From an uncultured Candidatus Saccharibacteria bacterium (GTDB lineage Bacteria > Patescibacteriota > Minisyncoccia > Phycocordibacterales > JACNGX01), in contig CAZULS010000001.1 of assembly GCA_964621395.1 (NCBI GenBank), positions 615 through 64,614 on the forward strand: a DNA stretch of 64,000 nt, in the 5' to 3' direction. Below the pieces are notes generated by a model. The model did not search any database, was not told where the DNA came from, and saw only the letters and a program-made list of their open reading frames with translations. Shown piece by piece: positions 1 to 9,440 of the stretch (the first letter of the stretch is position 1; each line of letters begins with the position of its first letter). The position numbers were made by a program, and so were the translations under genes.

Positions 1-1279
1 GCGTATCGAAGTCGATGGTCACACAATACGGTGTGCCCACTTCATCCTGCCTTCTGTAGCGCTTGCCGATATTGCCATTATCATCCCACACGACTGTCGG
101 AATTATTTTCTTCAGCTCTGCATACACGCTGCGCGCTTTTTCTGAAAGCTCCGGCTTATTTTTGAGAAGCGGAAAGACAGCCACTTTTGTCGGCGCCAAA
201 TGATACGGCAACTTCAGCACGGTACGCTCCTCTCCATCAAGTTCATCAACTGTGTAGCTTTCTGAAAGCACCGCCAAAAAGACACGACCAAGTCCCATGG
301 ATGTTTCAAGAATCCACGGAATAAATTTCTCGCCATTATCGTTGTATGCAAGATCCGTACCCGAGAACTTCATGTGCTGCGTGAGATCGTAATCGGTGCG
401 GTCATGAATACCCTCCACTTCATCAAAGCCGTATGTGGGAAAATCATATTCAATATCCCACGCATCGGATGCATAAAAGACCAGATTCTCATGCTGTTTC
501 CATCGCAAATGTTTTTCGGCAATACCAAGTGAGAGATACCATTGCCACCTATCTTTTTTAATCTCCTCATATGCCTCTTTGTTTTCATTTGGACGCACGA
601 AGTATTGCGTATCGGCCTGCTCAAATTCACGCGTGCGAAAAAGAAAATTGCGCGGAGAAATTTCATTACGAAACGCCTTACCGATTTGGGCGATACCAAA
701 TGGCACTTTCGGATGCATGGAGTCAACCACATTCTTGTAATTGAGATAGATGCCTTGGCATGCCTCACCCGGAAGGTACACGGGATTGTCCTCCTGCATC
801 GTGAAGTCACCGAGATTTGATTTCACCAAAAGGTTGAACGCACGCGCGGGAGTGAAATTCTTACTTTCGCATTTCGGACACGCAATTTTTTCTTTATGCT
901 CGGTGAAGAGCGCATTGATCTCTTCTTCGCTCATTTTCTCATCTGCAGACACGCCAATCTTCTCAAGCTCTTTGTCCACGCGAATGCGGGTATTACATTC
1001 CTTACACTCCGCCAAGGGGTCGGAGAATCCATTCACATGCCCTGATGCCTCCCACACTTTTGGATCTTTAAACATCGCCGAATCAAGCCCATAATAATTC
1101 TCTTTATCACGCGCGTTTGCCTGCCACCACGATGCTTTGATGTTGTTCAAGAGCTCCACACCGTTGGGACCAAAGTCGTACAAGCCGGCCACACCTCCAT
1201 AAATTTCAGAACCCTGAAAGACGAACCCTTTGCGCTTGGCAAAACCAATAATGTCGTCCATTGTTTTTTGAGTATTCAT
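1..1279 (-). CDS. glyS: Glycine--tRNA ligase (alpha2 type); 3' end runs off the window
   Basis: Manual translation from 1279: MNTQKTMDDIIGFAKRKGFVFQGSEIYGGVAGLYDFGPNG...; near position 1 RYRRQDEVGTPYCVTIDFDT (anticodon-binding domain). Absent from the ORF track because there is no stop in the window. Confidence 0.95.
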   Translation of the reverse strand, partial: MNTQKTMDDIIGFAKRKGFVFQGSEIYGGVAGLYDFGPNGVELLNNIKASWWQANARDKENYYGLDSAMFKDPKVWEASGHVNGFSDPLAECKECNTRIRVDKELEKIGVSADEKMSEEEINALFTEHKEKIACPKCESKNFTPARAFNLLVKSNLGDFTMQEDNPVYLPGEACQGIYLNYKNVVDSMHPKVPFGIAQIGKAFRNEISPRNFLFRTREFEQADTQYFVRPNENKEAYEEIKKDRWQWYLSLGIAEKHLRWKQHENLVFYASDAWDIEYDFPTYGFDEVEGIHDRTDYDLTQHMKFSGTDLAYNDNGEKFIPWILETSMGLGRVFLAVLSESYTVDELDGEERTVLKLPYHLAPTKVAVFPLLKNKPELSEKARSVYAELKKIIPTVVWDDNGNIGKRYRRQDEVGTPYCVTIDFDT

Positions 1280-1327
1280 GTATTGAGAATACCAAAAAAA
1301 CCCTTTTCTCACAATACCAAAATCCAC

Positions 1328-1355
1328 AGAAAAATCCGCCGAAGCGGATTTTTCT
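1328..1355. terminator. Probable bidirectional intrinsic terminator
   Basis: AGAAAAATCCGC-CGAA-GCGGATTTTTCT hairpin directly after the stop of 1370..3154. Confidence 0.6.
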
Positions 1356-1369
1356 GTGGTGCCAACAAC

Positions 1370-3154
1370 TTAGAACTCTGAATAATCAATACTATCGGGA
1401 CCGTCTTCAATATCAACAATTGCCGAAAGATCAAGAGTACACTGCGTCGTCCTCACAAGTCCGTCACCGTTTCCCGTCACCGTTACATTGTAGAGACTTT
1501 GTGTACCGGGATTTCCTGTGATTGTTGCAGTAAGGTCAGCACCGGTTGTGTATTCTCCCGACGTCAGTGTCGTATCGCCATCGAATTCAAGAGTAATGCT
1601 ATCCGGAAGAGACGGATCCACGTCAATTGAGAGACTCACCGGATCAGAAAATCCATCCTGGGAAACGACACTGACGTTGAGCGTGTCTGAAAGATTCTCA
1701 GACCCTCCCACTTCAATTTGCAAACCACTCTTATCTTTAGCAAGAGAGAAATCAGGGATAATCGTTGCCAAAACGGTCACTTCTTCCACATCAGACGACA
1801 TGCCATGATTCCCTTCACCGGTATCGTGTATATCATCACAGCCCGGGTCGTCTAAGTCTGTCCATCCATCATTGTCGTTGTCGATACCGTCAGAACACGT
1901 CGTGCTCGTCGTTACTAGTGTCTGAGCTGTATCATTTCCTCCTGCACCATAGCATGTGAGTGTATAAGTTGTACTCACTTCGGGAGACACACTATAACCT
2001 CCGCTGGCTGTACCAACATTTCCATCATACAGCCCATCTGTTCCACTCAGAGTACATATATTCGCATCATCAGCGTTCCATATGAGATCTGTGGAAGCAC
2101 CTACAGTAATGCCCTCAGGATCAGCGGTGAAGAAAGTGATGTCAGCGGGTTGAGAAGGAATCGTTGCCCCCCCTGACACACTCACACAAGCAAGAGGTCT
2201 TGATTTATTACAAGGCGTATCACCAGAATATGCATTACACTTTAGTTCACCGCCTCCCATATCTTGTGGATTATATTCAGGATCTGTAAGCCCCCTATCA
2301 GTATTACACGTTATCTCCGCAGGAATCTCAGGATGATATCCAGGATCATGAAAATCCCACGTCATACCATATGAATTCCCTGTACTAAAACATTCAGCAT
2401 TTTGATTATTAATCCACACCCATGCCCTGTCAGTTGTTGAATTTGCATACAGAGCATCTTCGGAAGAGGCAAATACATCCCATCCTGACTCTTCATGAAA
2501 TTCAAGCCAGTCCCAATCGGAACCAAATTCACTTTCACAATAACTGTTCCCCACAGCAGTACTGGTTATCGCAGAACCGAGAAAATCTGTATTTGTGATA
2601 GCGTATTCATACAACTGACTCCCTCCAAGTGTCATCTCTACATCTATGCTCTGCTGCACACTTCCCCCGAGCCCTATACATTCAAGGATATATGTCTTTT
2701 CTTCAATAATTGGATCAGTTGTTTCTTGATGAGTTCCGTCGGTAGCGGTTTTTGATCCCGACCAATCACCGGAAGCATTACAGGAGGTAGCGTTGGCAAC
2801 CGTCCATTCAAGCGTCGTTGTGAGACCATTTTCCACGTTCGAAGGATTAGCTATAAAAGTCAATGATGGTGCTGCTTCACATGAATCACCGTCCCAGCCG
2901 TACCCTGTATCACACGCAAACTCACATTTAGTGGCCGTGTCGGGGTCGGCATGTATCCAGGGTAAGTCAGAAGGGAGATCCTCTTCTTCTTCGGCATCGT
3001 GTCGGGAAGCGTTGGTGGGAATTGATCCGGTACAGGAATAGCTTCCTCCTGCTCCAGCTTGCACATGTTGCACGAGGATACCACTTCCTATAAACACAAA
3101 AAGGAATGTGAGAGCGGCAAGTATACGGGATAGTGTAAAACGAAATGTGATCAT
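1370..3154 (-). CDS. Secreted Cys/Asp-rich surface protein with Ig-like repeats and a CxDGxDNDxDG Ca-binding motif
   Basis: N-terminal signal/TM segment; LxWxxxxAxxC repeats; CSDGIDNDNDGWTDLDDPGC. Confidence 0.8.
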   Translation of the reverse strand: MITFRFTLSRILAALTFLFVFIGSGILVQHVQAGAGGSYSCTGSIPTNASRHDAEEEEDLPSDLPWIHADPDTATKCEFACDTGYGWDGDSCEAAPSLTFIANPSNVENGLTTTLEWTVANATSCNASGDWSGSKTATDGTHQETTDPIIEEKTYILECIGLGGSVQQSIDVEMTLGGSQLYEYAITNTDFLGSAITSTAVGNSYCESEFGSDWDWLEFHEESGWDVFASSEDALYANSTTDRAWVWINNQNAECFSTGNSYGMTWDFHDPGYHPEIPAEITCNTDRGLTDPEYNPQDMGGGELKCNAYSGDTPCNKSRPLACVSVSGGATIPSQPADITFFTADPEGITVGASTDLIWNADDANICTLSGTDGLYDGNVGTASGGYSVSPEVSTTYTLTCYGAGGNDTAQTLVTTSTTCSDGIDNDNDGWTDLDDPGCDDIHDTGEGNHGMSSDVEEVTVLATIIPDFSLAKDKSGLQIEVGGSENLSDTLNVSVVSQDGFSDPVSLSIDVDPSLPDSITLEFDGDTTLTSGEYTTGADLTATITGNPGTQSLYNVTVTGNGDGLVRTTQCTLDLSAIVDIEDGPDSIDYSEF

Positions 3155-3165
3155 ATGATTCCTAT

Positions 3166-3822
3166 TTATACTAAAGTGCTCCTACATGAAGACTTCCTTG
3201 TGACAACCATCGCAACAATACCGATAAGTAAGACAAGGGCAACAACGATGTCCGAAGAGGTGTTCCTTTCTCCTTCGGATAGCCCCGGTTCATATATTGT
3301 CCAAAAACCCAGAGCATATCCGTCGGGTGCATAGATTGTGACACTCACCTCCGGATCGGGGCAGTCGGCGGTAACAGGAAGAGAAAGTATGGGACGTTTA
3401 TCGGTAATAGGAAAAGAAATAACTGTTTTCTCACTACAACGAACAGAGCTCGCTGCGTCGGTGAGATACGCATTGAGAGAAAGCTCGGGAACGGCTTCAG
3501 CATACTGAAGAACGTCCGGTACCATGGGTGAATCCCAAGAAACAGTGAGTTGCGCATTTTGTCCTTGTGTATATGATTCTGTATCAAGAGTTACTCCAAG
3601 TGAGGTGATAGAGATATGAGCATCTGCTTCCTCAAGAGACTTCTGTGCGAGATACAAACGAAGTTCTTCTTTTTGGGATGCGGAGAGGAACGAGATATCT
3701 CCTTTTTCCTCCACTTCATCGAGGAAGAGGGGTCTCTCAAGAGCATATACGGGTACACCAAAGATACTACCCATGAGAAGAGCCAAGAATATGCCTTGTG
3801 TGAGTGCATGTGCTGTGTTCAT
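3166..3822 (-). CDS. Hypothetical exported protein with C-terminal TM anchor
   Basis: 218-aa ORF in an operon; hydrophobic N- and C-terminal segments. Confidence 0.7.
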   Translation of the reverse strand: MNTAHALTQGIFLALLMGSIFGVPVYALERPLFLDEVEEKGDISFLSASQKEELRLYLAQKSLEEADAHISITSLGVTLDTESYTQGQNAQLTVSWDSPMVPDVLQYAEAVPELSLNAYLTDAASSVRCSEKTVISFPITDKRPILSLPVTADCPDPEVSVTIYAPDGYALGFWTIYEPGLSEGERNTSSDIVVALVLLIGIVAMVVTRKSSCRSTLV

Positions 3823-3843
3823 AATGTAAGAGATAGAATATTA

Positions 3844-4803
3844 TTATTCGCTTGTATCATATGCGTCACTGCAGCCCCCATCATGCCCGTCGATATTGCC
3901 ATCCCTATCATTATCAACACCATCGGAACACTCAGGTAAGGTACTATTATCCTGGTCCCAACATTCGAGATAGAAAGAATCCGAATGTGTCACCGTCACG
4001 CTCTGTAAACCCGCACCCGGTGTTATCCATCCGCCCCACCCTTCCGTCTCTGACGATGCCCAACAAGAATACGCACCAACCGTATCCCATGAGATATTCA
4101 CGGATTCGTTCACAGCCACCTCTGCACTCGAAGTACCGTTGACATACAGCGAGACTTCAGGTGCTCCTCCCTCAGTGGTGTCAAAGACGCTTTCGCATCT
4201 TCCGTCGTCAAGATCAATATCGTCATCGTCATCGTTATCGATGCCATCGGTACATTCCGAAGTCGCACTCACACCAGATTGTCCGAAATAAATAGCACCA
4301 AATTCATCGGACCATGCATATCCCGAAAGAGTCCCGTCGGGGTTTATCGTAACTCCATAGGGCGAGCTATCTTGTGCGGTGCCGGAAAGATGAATCCACC
4401 CCTCATTGCCCCCGGCATTCACTCCCGCATCGGCTATGCCCACAAAGCGCGCCCATCCTTTAATGGTGTCACCTTCTCGATATGCCGCACATGTTCCTGA
4501 GGGACATCCGGTCAAATATCCGGCCATGTTATCAAAGGCAATGTAACCCATGTTCTCACTATAGGCATATCCCGAAAGATCGCCATCGTCTACGGGAATA
4601 GACACACTGTAGGAAATAGCGCCGCCACCGGTGGTATTGCTCATGCTTATCCACCCAATACCGGTGTTTATCCCGGCACCATCGTCGCTCCCACCCCACA
4701 ACCACCCATAGACGGAGGTATCGGCAGAGAGAAAAGTAGCACCAAAGAAAAGTACGGAAAGCGTGAGAAGTGCTATCAAACGTGTCTGTGAAAAATATTT
4801 CAT
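3844..4803 (-). CDS. Secreted surface protein (GxAWSxxxGxI repeats, CxDGxDND motifs)
   Basis: Signal peptide; GYAYSENMGYI and GYAWSDEFGAI repeats; two Ca-binding-like motifs. Confidence 0.8.
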   Translation of the reverse strand: MKYFSQTRLIALLTLSVLFFGATFLSADTSVYGWLWGGSDDGAGINTGIGWISMSNTTGGGAISYSVSIPVDDGDLSGYAYSENMGYIAFDNMAGYLTGCPSGTCAAYREGDTIKGWARFVGIADAGVNAGGNEGWIHLSGTAQDSSPYGVTINPDGTLSGYAWSDEFGAIYFGQSGVSATSECTDGIDNDDDDDIDLDDGRCESVFDTTEGGAPEVSLYVNGTSSAEVAVNESVNISWDTVGAYSCWASSETEGWGGWITPGAGLQSVTVTHSDSFYLECWDQDNSTLPECSDGVDNDRDGNIDGHDGGCSDAYDTSE

Positions 4804-4813
4804 AAAGAATGTA

Positions 4814-5356
4814 TTATTCTTCTACCCTATATCGCAACGTAATACGATCAGCAAGGATATGATCACTATCACTGAGCGTACCGGTAGATACTGAGACCTC
4901 ATACCCCTCTTTGAGATCATTTTTGCTGAGTGTTCGCATTTCAAAAGGCTTCGGAGGAGTTCCTCGGTATTCGGGATCACTCTCTATTGCCTCGGTATAG
5001 CGACTCATTGCTTCAGCATAGCTTTCAGTGCTCGAAACGCGAACATATTCAATGATGGCCGTCTCAGGCGTGATGGTATAGATGAGTGTATCGGGTGGAT
5101 TGTCCACACCGAAACGATCAGCATCCACAGCGAGAGTCAGAGTATCCCCTGAGAGCTCCGTAATGACCCCGGTCACTTCACTGGCAGGTACGCTTTTAAG
5201 GAGCATGGTCATTTCCGCCACATACGCGCGACGTGCGTCACGATGAGCCATGAAAAGAAAGGCACCGCACACGATAAGGACAATAAGAAGTGCTGAGAGA
5301 AAAATATTTTTGTTAGCGGAAAGTGAGGATGACATACTAGAAAGGAGGTTGATCAA
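4814..5356 (-). CDS. Hypothetical membrane-anchored protein
   Basis: 180-aa ORF with one N-terminal TM segment, in an operon. Confidence 0.7.
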   Translation of the reverse strand: MINLLSSMSSSLSANKNIFLSALLIVLIVCGAFLFMAHRDARRAYVAEMTMLLKSVPASEVTGVITELSGDTLTLAVDADRFGVDNPPDTLIYTITPETAIIEYVRVSSTESYAEAMSRYTEAIESDPEYRGTPPKPFEMRTLSKNDLKEGYEVSVSTGTLSDSDHILADRITLRYRVEE

Positions 5357-6080
5357 ATACGCCCCAAGAAGAACCTTTGTTTGCGTAACACTGCGGCAAG
5401 CTAGAGGTCGACAAGGCTTTGCAGCACACAGTGGTGTTCTGAGCTTTGGTACATTCTAATTCGCCCCTCACTATACTACCAGGCCATGAAGAATTCGAAG
5501 GATACGACCACGGCGTAAAGCTTGCACTTTCTACGCTCCAAGACCACGGCGTAAAGCTTGCAGAACGGCAGGACACGCTGCCATTACTAGCCTGTTTACA
5601 GCATTCCAATGAACCATACCCTTCGGAATCACAAGACCATGAATTAAAACCGTCACCACTTCCCCCCAAATCACTCGCCCATTCGCCGGAAGAACGAATA
5701 TATACATCATCGAAATTTGCCGTGCCACCACCGTAGGTATTCCCCCCAATCGACACGCCGTTTACCCAATCATTGAATCCATTGATGTAGAGTATTTCGC
5801 TGTCTTCACTGTATCGTCCGCCGATACTGCGCTTGTCAGCACTTGCTCCGTACCCGGCAAGGTATTGACTGTCTGAGGCATTGATACTGATAGTACCTGT
5901 TTTTGTTTGCGCTTGTGCGCCTGTAGTAAGTGGCGCGCCAACATTGTCCGCCGGAGGAAACGATGACGGCTCCGTCCATGCAGCCACATACTGAAGTCCT
6001 GCAGCAAGAAGCACACCTCCGAGAGCTGCGCCCAGAAGTCGTGTGGTGGATATAAGCTGTGTGGAAAGTGAGGATGGCAT
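5337..6080 (-). CDS. Exported Cys-rich protein (AWTEP..PP..N..APL motif) with an internal 36-bp-period duplication
   Basis: TM/signal followed by WTEPSSFPPADNVGAPL; SASFTPWS occurs twice. Confidence 0.75.
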   Translation of the reverse strand: MPSSLSTQLISTTRLLGAALGGVLLAAGLQYVAAWTEPSSFPPADNVGAPLTTGAQAQTKTGTISINASDSQYLAGYGASADKRSIGGRYSEDSEILYINGFNDWVNGVSIGGNTYGGGTANFDDVYIRSSGEWASDLGGSGDGFNSWSCDSEGYGSLECCKQASNGSVSCRSASFTPWSWSVESASFTPWSYPSNSSWPGSIVRGELECTKAQNTTVCCKALSTSSLPQCYANKGSSWGVFDQPPF

Positions 6081-6187
6081 ACAAAGAATATCGTCTTATG
6101 AATGGAAAGACGGTTTTAAACTATCGACTAATATATACGTGTATTATATCAATCTGTAATATCAGAGCAATTTGAGTATGTGGATAG

Positions 6188-6272
6188 TAGAACCAGTCTC
6201 ACTGAAAACGAAAAATATAAGGGGTTCGTATTCAAGAGCTGCGCTCGACGATTTTCAGTGAGCCTAGTTCTA
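6188..6272. mobile_element. Short MITE-like element (family C, internally deleted)
   Basis: Terminal inverted repeats TAGAACCAGTCTCACTGAAAA / TTTTCAGTGAGCCTAGTTCTA; left end matches 52118. Confidence 0.65.
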
Positions 6273-6282
6273 GATTGAGTAA

Positions 6283-8214
6283 CTACTCCTCCACCGCCGC
6301 ATCATCGGCACTCACATTCGGGTCAGAAGAAAGATCAGTGTTGATATCACTATGGGACACAGAAATATTTGTATCGGTAAATGCGTCGTAGGCGCGCATG
6401 ACAATATCGGAGAACAGTACCGGACGAGAACCGACCTGAGTCACACTCGGAGTAAGCCCCACCTGAAACGCCGCTTCGGGGCCCGCCTCTTCCACGCCGG
6501 CACCAGCTTCAAGCGAGCCGATGGTCCAGGACACAGTACGGTTTGCGGCATTGTACGCAATATCGGCATACGACGGATTAACAGTACCTTTCCACTCCAC
6601 ACCTACGGGAAGTTTCCCTGAAACGGTTGTATTACGCAAATCGTTGGATGAGTTTACCGCCGAAAGCGCGATGGTGTATGTCGTTTCCTCTTCCGGTGTC
6701 GGCGGAATCGGTCCGATATTTGAAAACGGTCCTATGGAATGCAGCCCTCGGACGGCAATACGCATATCAGAAAAGACACGCACACTTCGCACAATAGCAT
6801 CCGAGTGTGACTCCATGACATCACCCTCCGCCTCGCGAATACCGCTTACATCAACTGAGAGGACGGTTTCGGGATTGCGAATACTCGTCCCCGAAACATC
6901 CACAAGCGCCTTTGAAGCGAAGTCAAATGAAAACATTCCCGATTCTCCCGGTTCAATTTCTTCAAGTCCCTTATACGTGTCGGTGCTCCAAAGAATCGTC
7001 CCTTTTTTTGAATCATAAAATCCATTTTTGGCATCAACACCATACTTATCAATCACATCACCGGAGAATGTGAGTTCGATCACCACATCGCGCAGCGGCA
7101 CGGTTGTGTTGTTGCGGTACGAAAGCGTCCCTCTCACCGCTTTCTCCGGGGCAATCACATAGCTGTCTTTCACCTCGCCTCCAAGCGCAAGCTGCATGCC
7201 AAGGAAGAGGTCACGCACGGCAATTGTCGTTTGGCTTTGATTATACATGACCGTCAGTTCTTCATGTTCGGCGGAATCAATCATGCCGACGCGCGCGCGA
7301 ATCGTTCGCTCATCATTATGCTCACCGCGAACAATGCCGCGAATGAGAATACTCGCATCACCGCCGGAAGGAATATCTCCCACATACCATACGGTATTTC
7401 CATACGACGGTTCGGGCTCGGCCGCAACCGGCTCAAAGCCAAAAGGGTACTCAAGAATCACCGCCACATCTTCAAGAAGCACATCAGTATTGGACACCAC
7501 CTCGATACCGATGTCAACCTCCTGTCCATTATTCACTTCATCGAGTGTCGAGAGTGTCATGCCGATTGGCGCCGAATCAATACGAATAGCATGCGACACC
7601 TCTTTGATAAACGTGGCACTCGAATTCGGCACACGATATTCCATGGCAATGCCAACACTCTTTTCGTCGTCCTCACTACCGAAGACCACACCTTGAATCA
7701 GCTCTTCTTTTGTCTCGCCCGGGGCAATCGAGCCAAGTGAACGATATTCCCGTGTGAGCTCTTCACCCGTCACATCATCAATGGCATGGAATCCGGGCGG
7801 ATACGTAATCACAATATTGGATCGTTCCAGCGTTTGGGAATTGTTATTGGTAATGGAAACCGTCAAATCCATATCATCGCCGCCGGAAATAGAAACCGGT
7901 CCTTCAAATGCAATATCCACACGATCTGAAGAAATTGTCACTCCCCCTCCGGAGAGAAGAAAAGTCGCAATACCAACGGCCGCGATAAAAAACACCACCG
8001 ACACACCAAAGACGACTTTCACAAGCCCTCCTTTTTTCTTGGAAGTGGGAAGTGCGGATTTTTCTCCCTCTTTCTTCCATTCCCGCGTAATGTCCCTGCC
8101 TCGCGAATAAAAAACGGGGCGAATCTCCCGCTCGCGTGAACGCCATTTCGGATCATACAGATTCTTTTTCACACGCTCAATACGTTCGGGCTTTTTCTGA
8201 GACTTCTTCTTCAT
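6283..8214 (-). CDS. Large membrane-anchored protein with tandem Ig-like (DUF11-like) domains
   Basis: Basic N-terminus, one TM segment, repeated beta-sandwich motifs. Start moved to MKKKSQ because the ORF-track extension lies in a REP. Confidence 0.8.
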   Translation of the reverse strand: MKKKSQKKPERIERVKKNLYDPKWRSREREIRPVFYSRGRDITREWKKEGEKSALPTSKKKGGLVKVVFGVSVVFFIAAVGIATFLLSGGGVTISSDRVDIAFEGPVSISGGDDMDLTVSITNNNSQTLERSNIVITYPPGFHAIDDVTGEELTREYRSLGSIAPGETKEELIQGVVFGSEDDEKSVGIAMEYRVPNSSATFIKEVSHAIRIDSAPIGMTLSTLDEVNNGQEVDIGIEVVSNTDVLLEDVAVILEYPFGFEPVAAEPEPSYGNTVWYVGDIPSGGDASILIRGIVRGEHNDERTIRARVGMIDSAEHEELTVMYNQSQTTIAVRDLFLGMQLALGGEVKDSYVIAPEKAVRGTLSYRNNTTVPLRDVVIELTFSGDVIDKYGVDAKNGFYDSKKGTILWSTDTYKGLEEIEPGESGMFSFDFASKALVDVSGTSIRNPETVLSVDVSGIREAEGDVMESHSDAIVRSVRVFSDMRIAVRGLHSIGPFSNIGPIPPTPEEETTYTIALSAVNSSNDLRNTTVSGKLPVGVEWKGTVNPSYADIAYNAANRTVSWTIGSLEAGAGVEEAGPEAAFQVGLTPSVTQVGSRPVLFSDIVMRAYDAFTDTNISVSHSDINTDLSSDPNVSADDAAVEE

Positions 8215-8304
8215 ACTATAATGATAGCAGACTGGTACGCTGGTTTCTAGTATCTGGTAGCCGGTTGCGCGCGCTATCGCGCGCTTCCACACAAACAAAA
8301 CCTT

Positions 8305-8383
8305 TGTCATCCCGCACTTGATGCGGGATCTAAAACGTAACGAAACCACTGACCCAAGATTCCGCATCAAGTGCGGAATGACA
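8305..8383. repeat. REP-like doublet, family A (TGTCAT-hairpin-ATCT ... AGAT-hairpin-ATGACA)
   Basis: TGTCATCCCGCACTTGATGCGGGATCT...AGATTCCGCATCAAGTGCGGAATGACA. Related copies at 9272, 13217, 17562, 20575, 22628, 25301, 26673, 35288, 43439, 43498, 51820, 53026, 54416, 54478, 55479, 62146. Confidence 0.85.
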
Positions 8384-8424
8384 GAAAAAAGTGATTTAAT
8401 CTGGAAACTTCACCGTTGTGTCGC

Positions 8425-8476
8425 AGCTCCTAAGGTTAAACCTTGGTATTTATACCAAGGTTTAACCTTAGGAGCT
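8425..8476. repeat. Nested long palindrome, family B
   Basis: AGCTCCTAAGGTTAAACCTTGGTA-TTTA-TACCAAGGTTTAACCTTAGGAGCT; relatives at 13288, 16278, 27398, 38936, 52027, 55508. Confidence 0.85.
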
Positions 8477-8574
8477 TTCGTACATTCGTATATATTCGTA
8501 CCATTTGTAGATTTGTATCTATTCGTATATTCGGAGTACCCGAGCTCTAAGCTAAAAGCTATCAGCTATAAGCT

Positions 8575-9123
8575 CTAAAGATGGCTTTCGGCAAGAGATG
8601 CCTGAACAGCTTCTTCTAAATGTGAAATTTCTTTTCCAGGAAGTACCCCTGTGGCATACTCCACAGCAACGCTTTCTTCTGCATATCCGAGTGCTGAAAG
8701 AATGGCATACTTTCCTGCAAGAAGCACATGCCTCTTTTCTTCCGCGCTTTCCGAATAAGAGATCAAGTCCATACTCATTGTGGCAACGACAAAAAGAAGT
8801 TCATTCCCCTCTTCACCTTTGATGAGCCTGCGGAGAAATGAGGAAAGTTCGGCGCAGTGCGCACAGCTCTCCAGTGCACACGCTTCCTTTCCTTTCGAAA
8901 AAATACCGGTAAGCGTCCATACATTCTTCCCGCGCACAATATCAATTGTCACATGTCGATATTCCGAAAGATGATATTTCATTTTTGAACCAATAAGACG
9001 AGAACCGCGAGCAACAACGCCGATAAGTCCAAAATCGGGTGTGAGTATATGAAGGAAACGATCGGCCTCTCCCGTGCCAACACTTGCGAGAATGATACCT
9101 TCAGTGTGGTAGATGTGATACAT
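8575..9123 (-). CDS. recO: DNA repair protein RecO
   Basis: MYHIYHTEGIIL...GEADRFLHILTPDFGLI..VARGSR, the RecO N-terminal OB-fold signature. Confidence 0.85.
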   Translation of the reverse strand: MYHIYHTEGIILASVGTGEADRFLHILTPDFGLIGVVARGSRLIGSKMKYHLSEYRHVTIDIVRGKNVWTLTGIFSKGKEACALESCAHCAELSSFLRRLIKGEEGNELLFVVATMSMDLISYSESAEEKRHVLLAGKYAILSALGYAEESVAVEYATGVLPGKEISHLEEAVQASLAESHL

Positions 9124-9440
9124 GGTTATCGAGCTTATAGCTTTTAGCTGAGAGCTTATAGGAGAGAGGTTGTTTCGATGCTGTGGAACAGGTTGGAGGA
9201 TTTGTTAGTTTTTAGTTGGTAGTTGTTAGTCGGGCGCGGCTCCGCCACGCCCGTACATATCCCAAACCACAGTCATCCTGAACTTGATTCAGGATCTTCG
9301 CCATGTTATTTCTGAAAATTATTCGAGAAGATTCTGAATCAAGTTCAGAATGACACATAATTCACTTTAATCACAAAAGCGATATTCGTATATATTTGTA
9401 CCATTCGTAGTTTTGTACCTATTCGTAATTCGTAATATTC

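Noticed and set aside
370-1094. Apparent glyS fragmentation in the ORF track
   Set aside because: The real frame is missing from the track because its stop lies outside the window; the N- and C-terminal motifs are in the same frame.
5500-5565. 36-bp-period duplication as a shufflon or variable repeat
   Set aside because: Only two tandem in-frame copies, with no recombinase or inverted sites.
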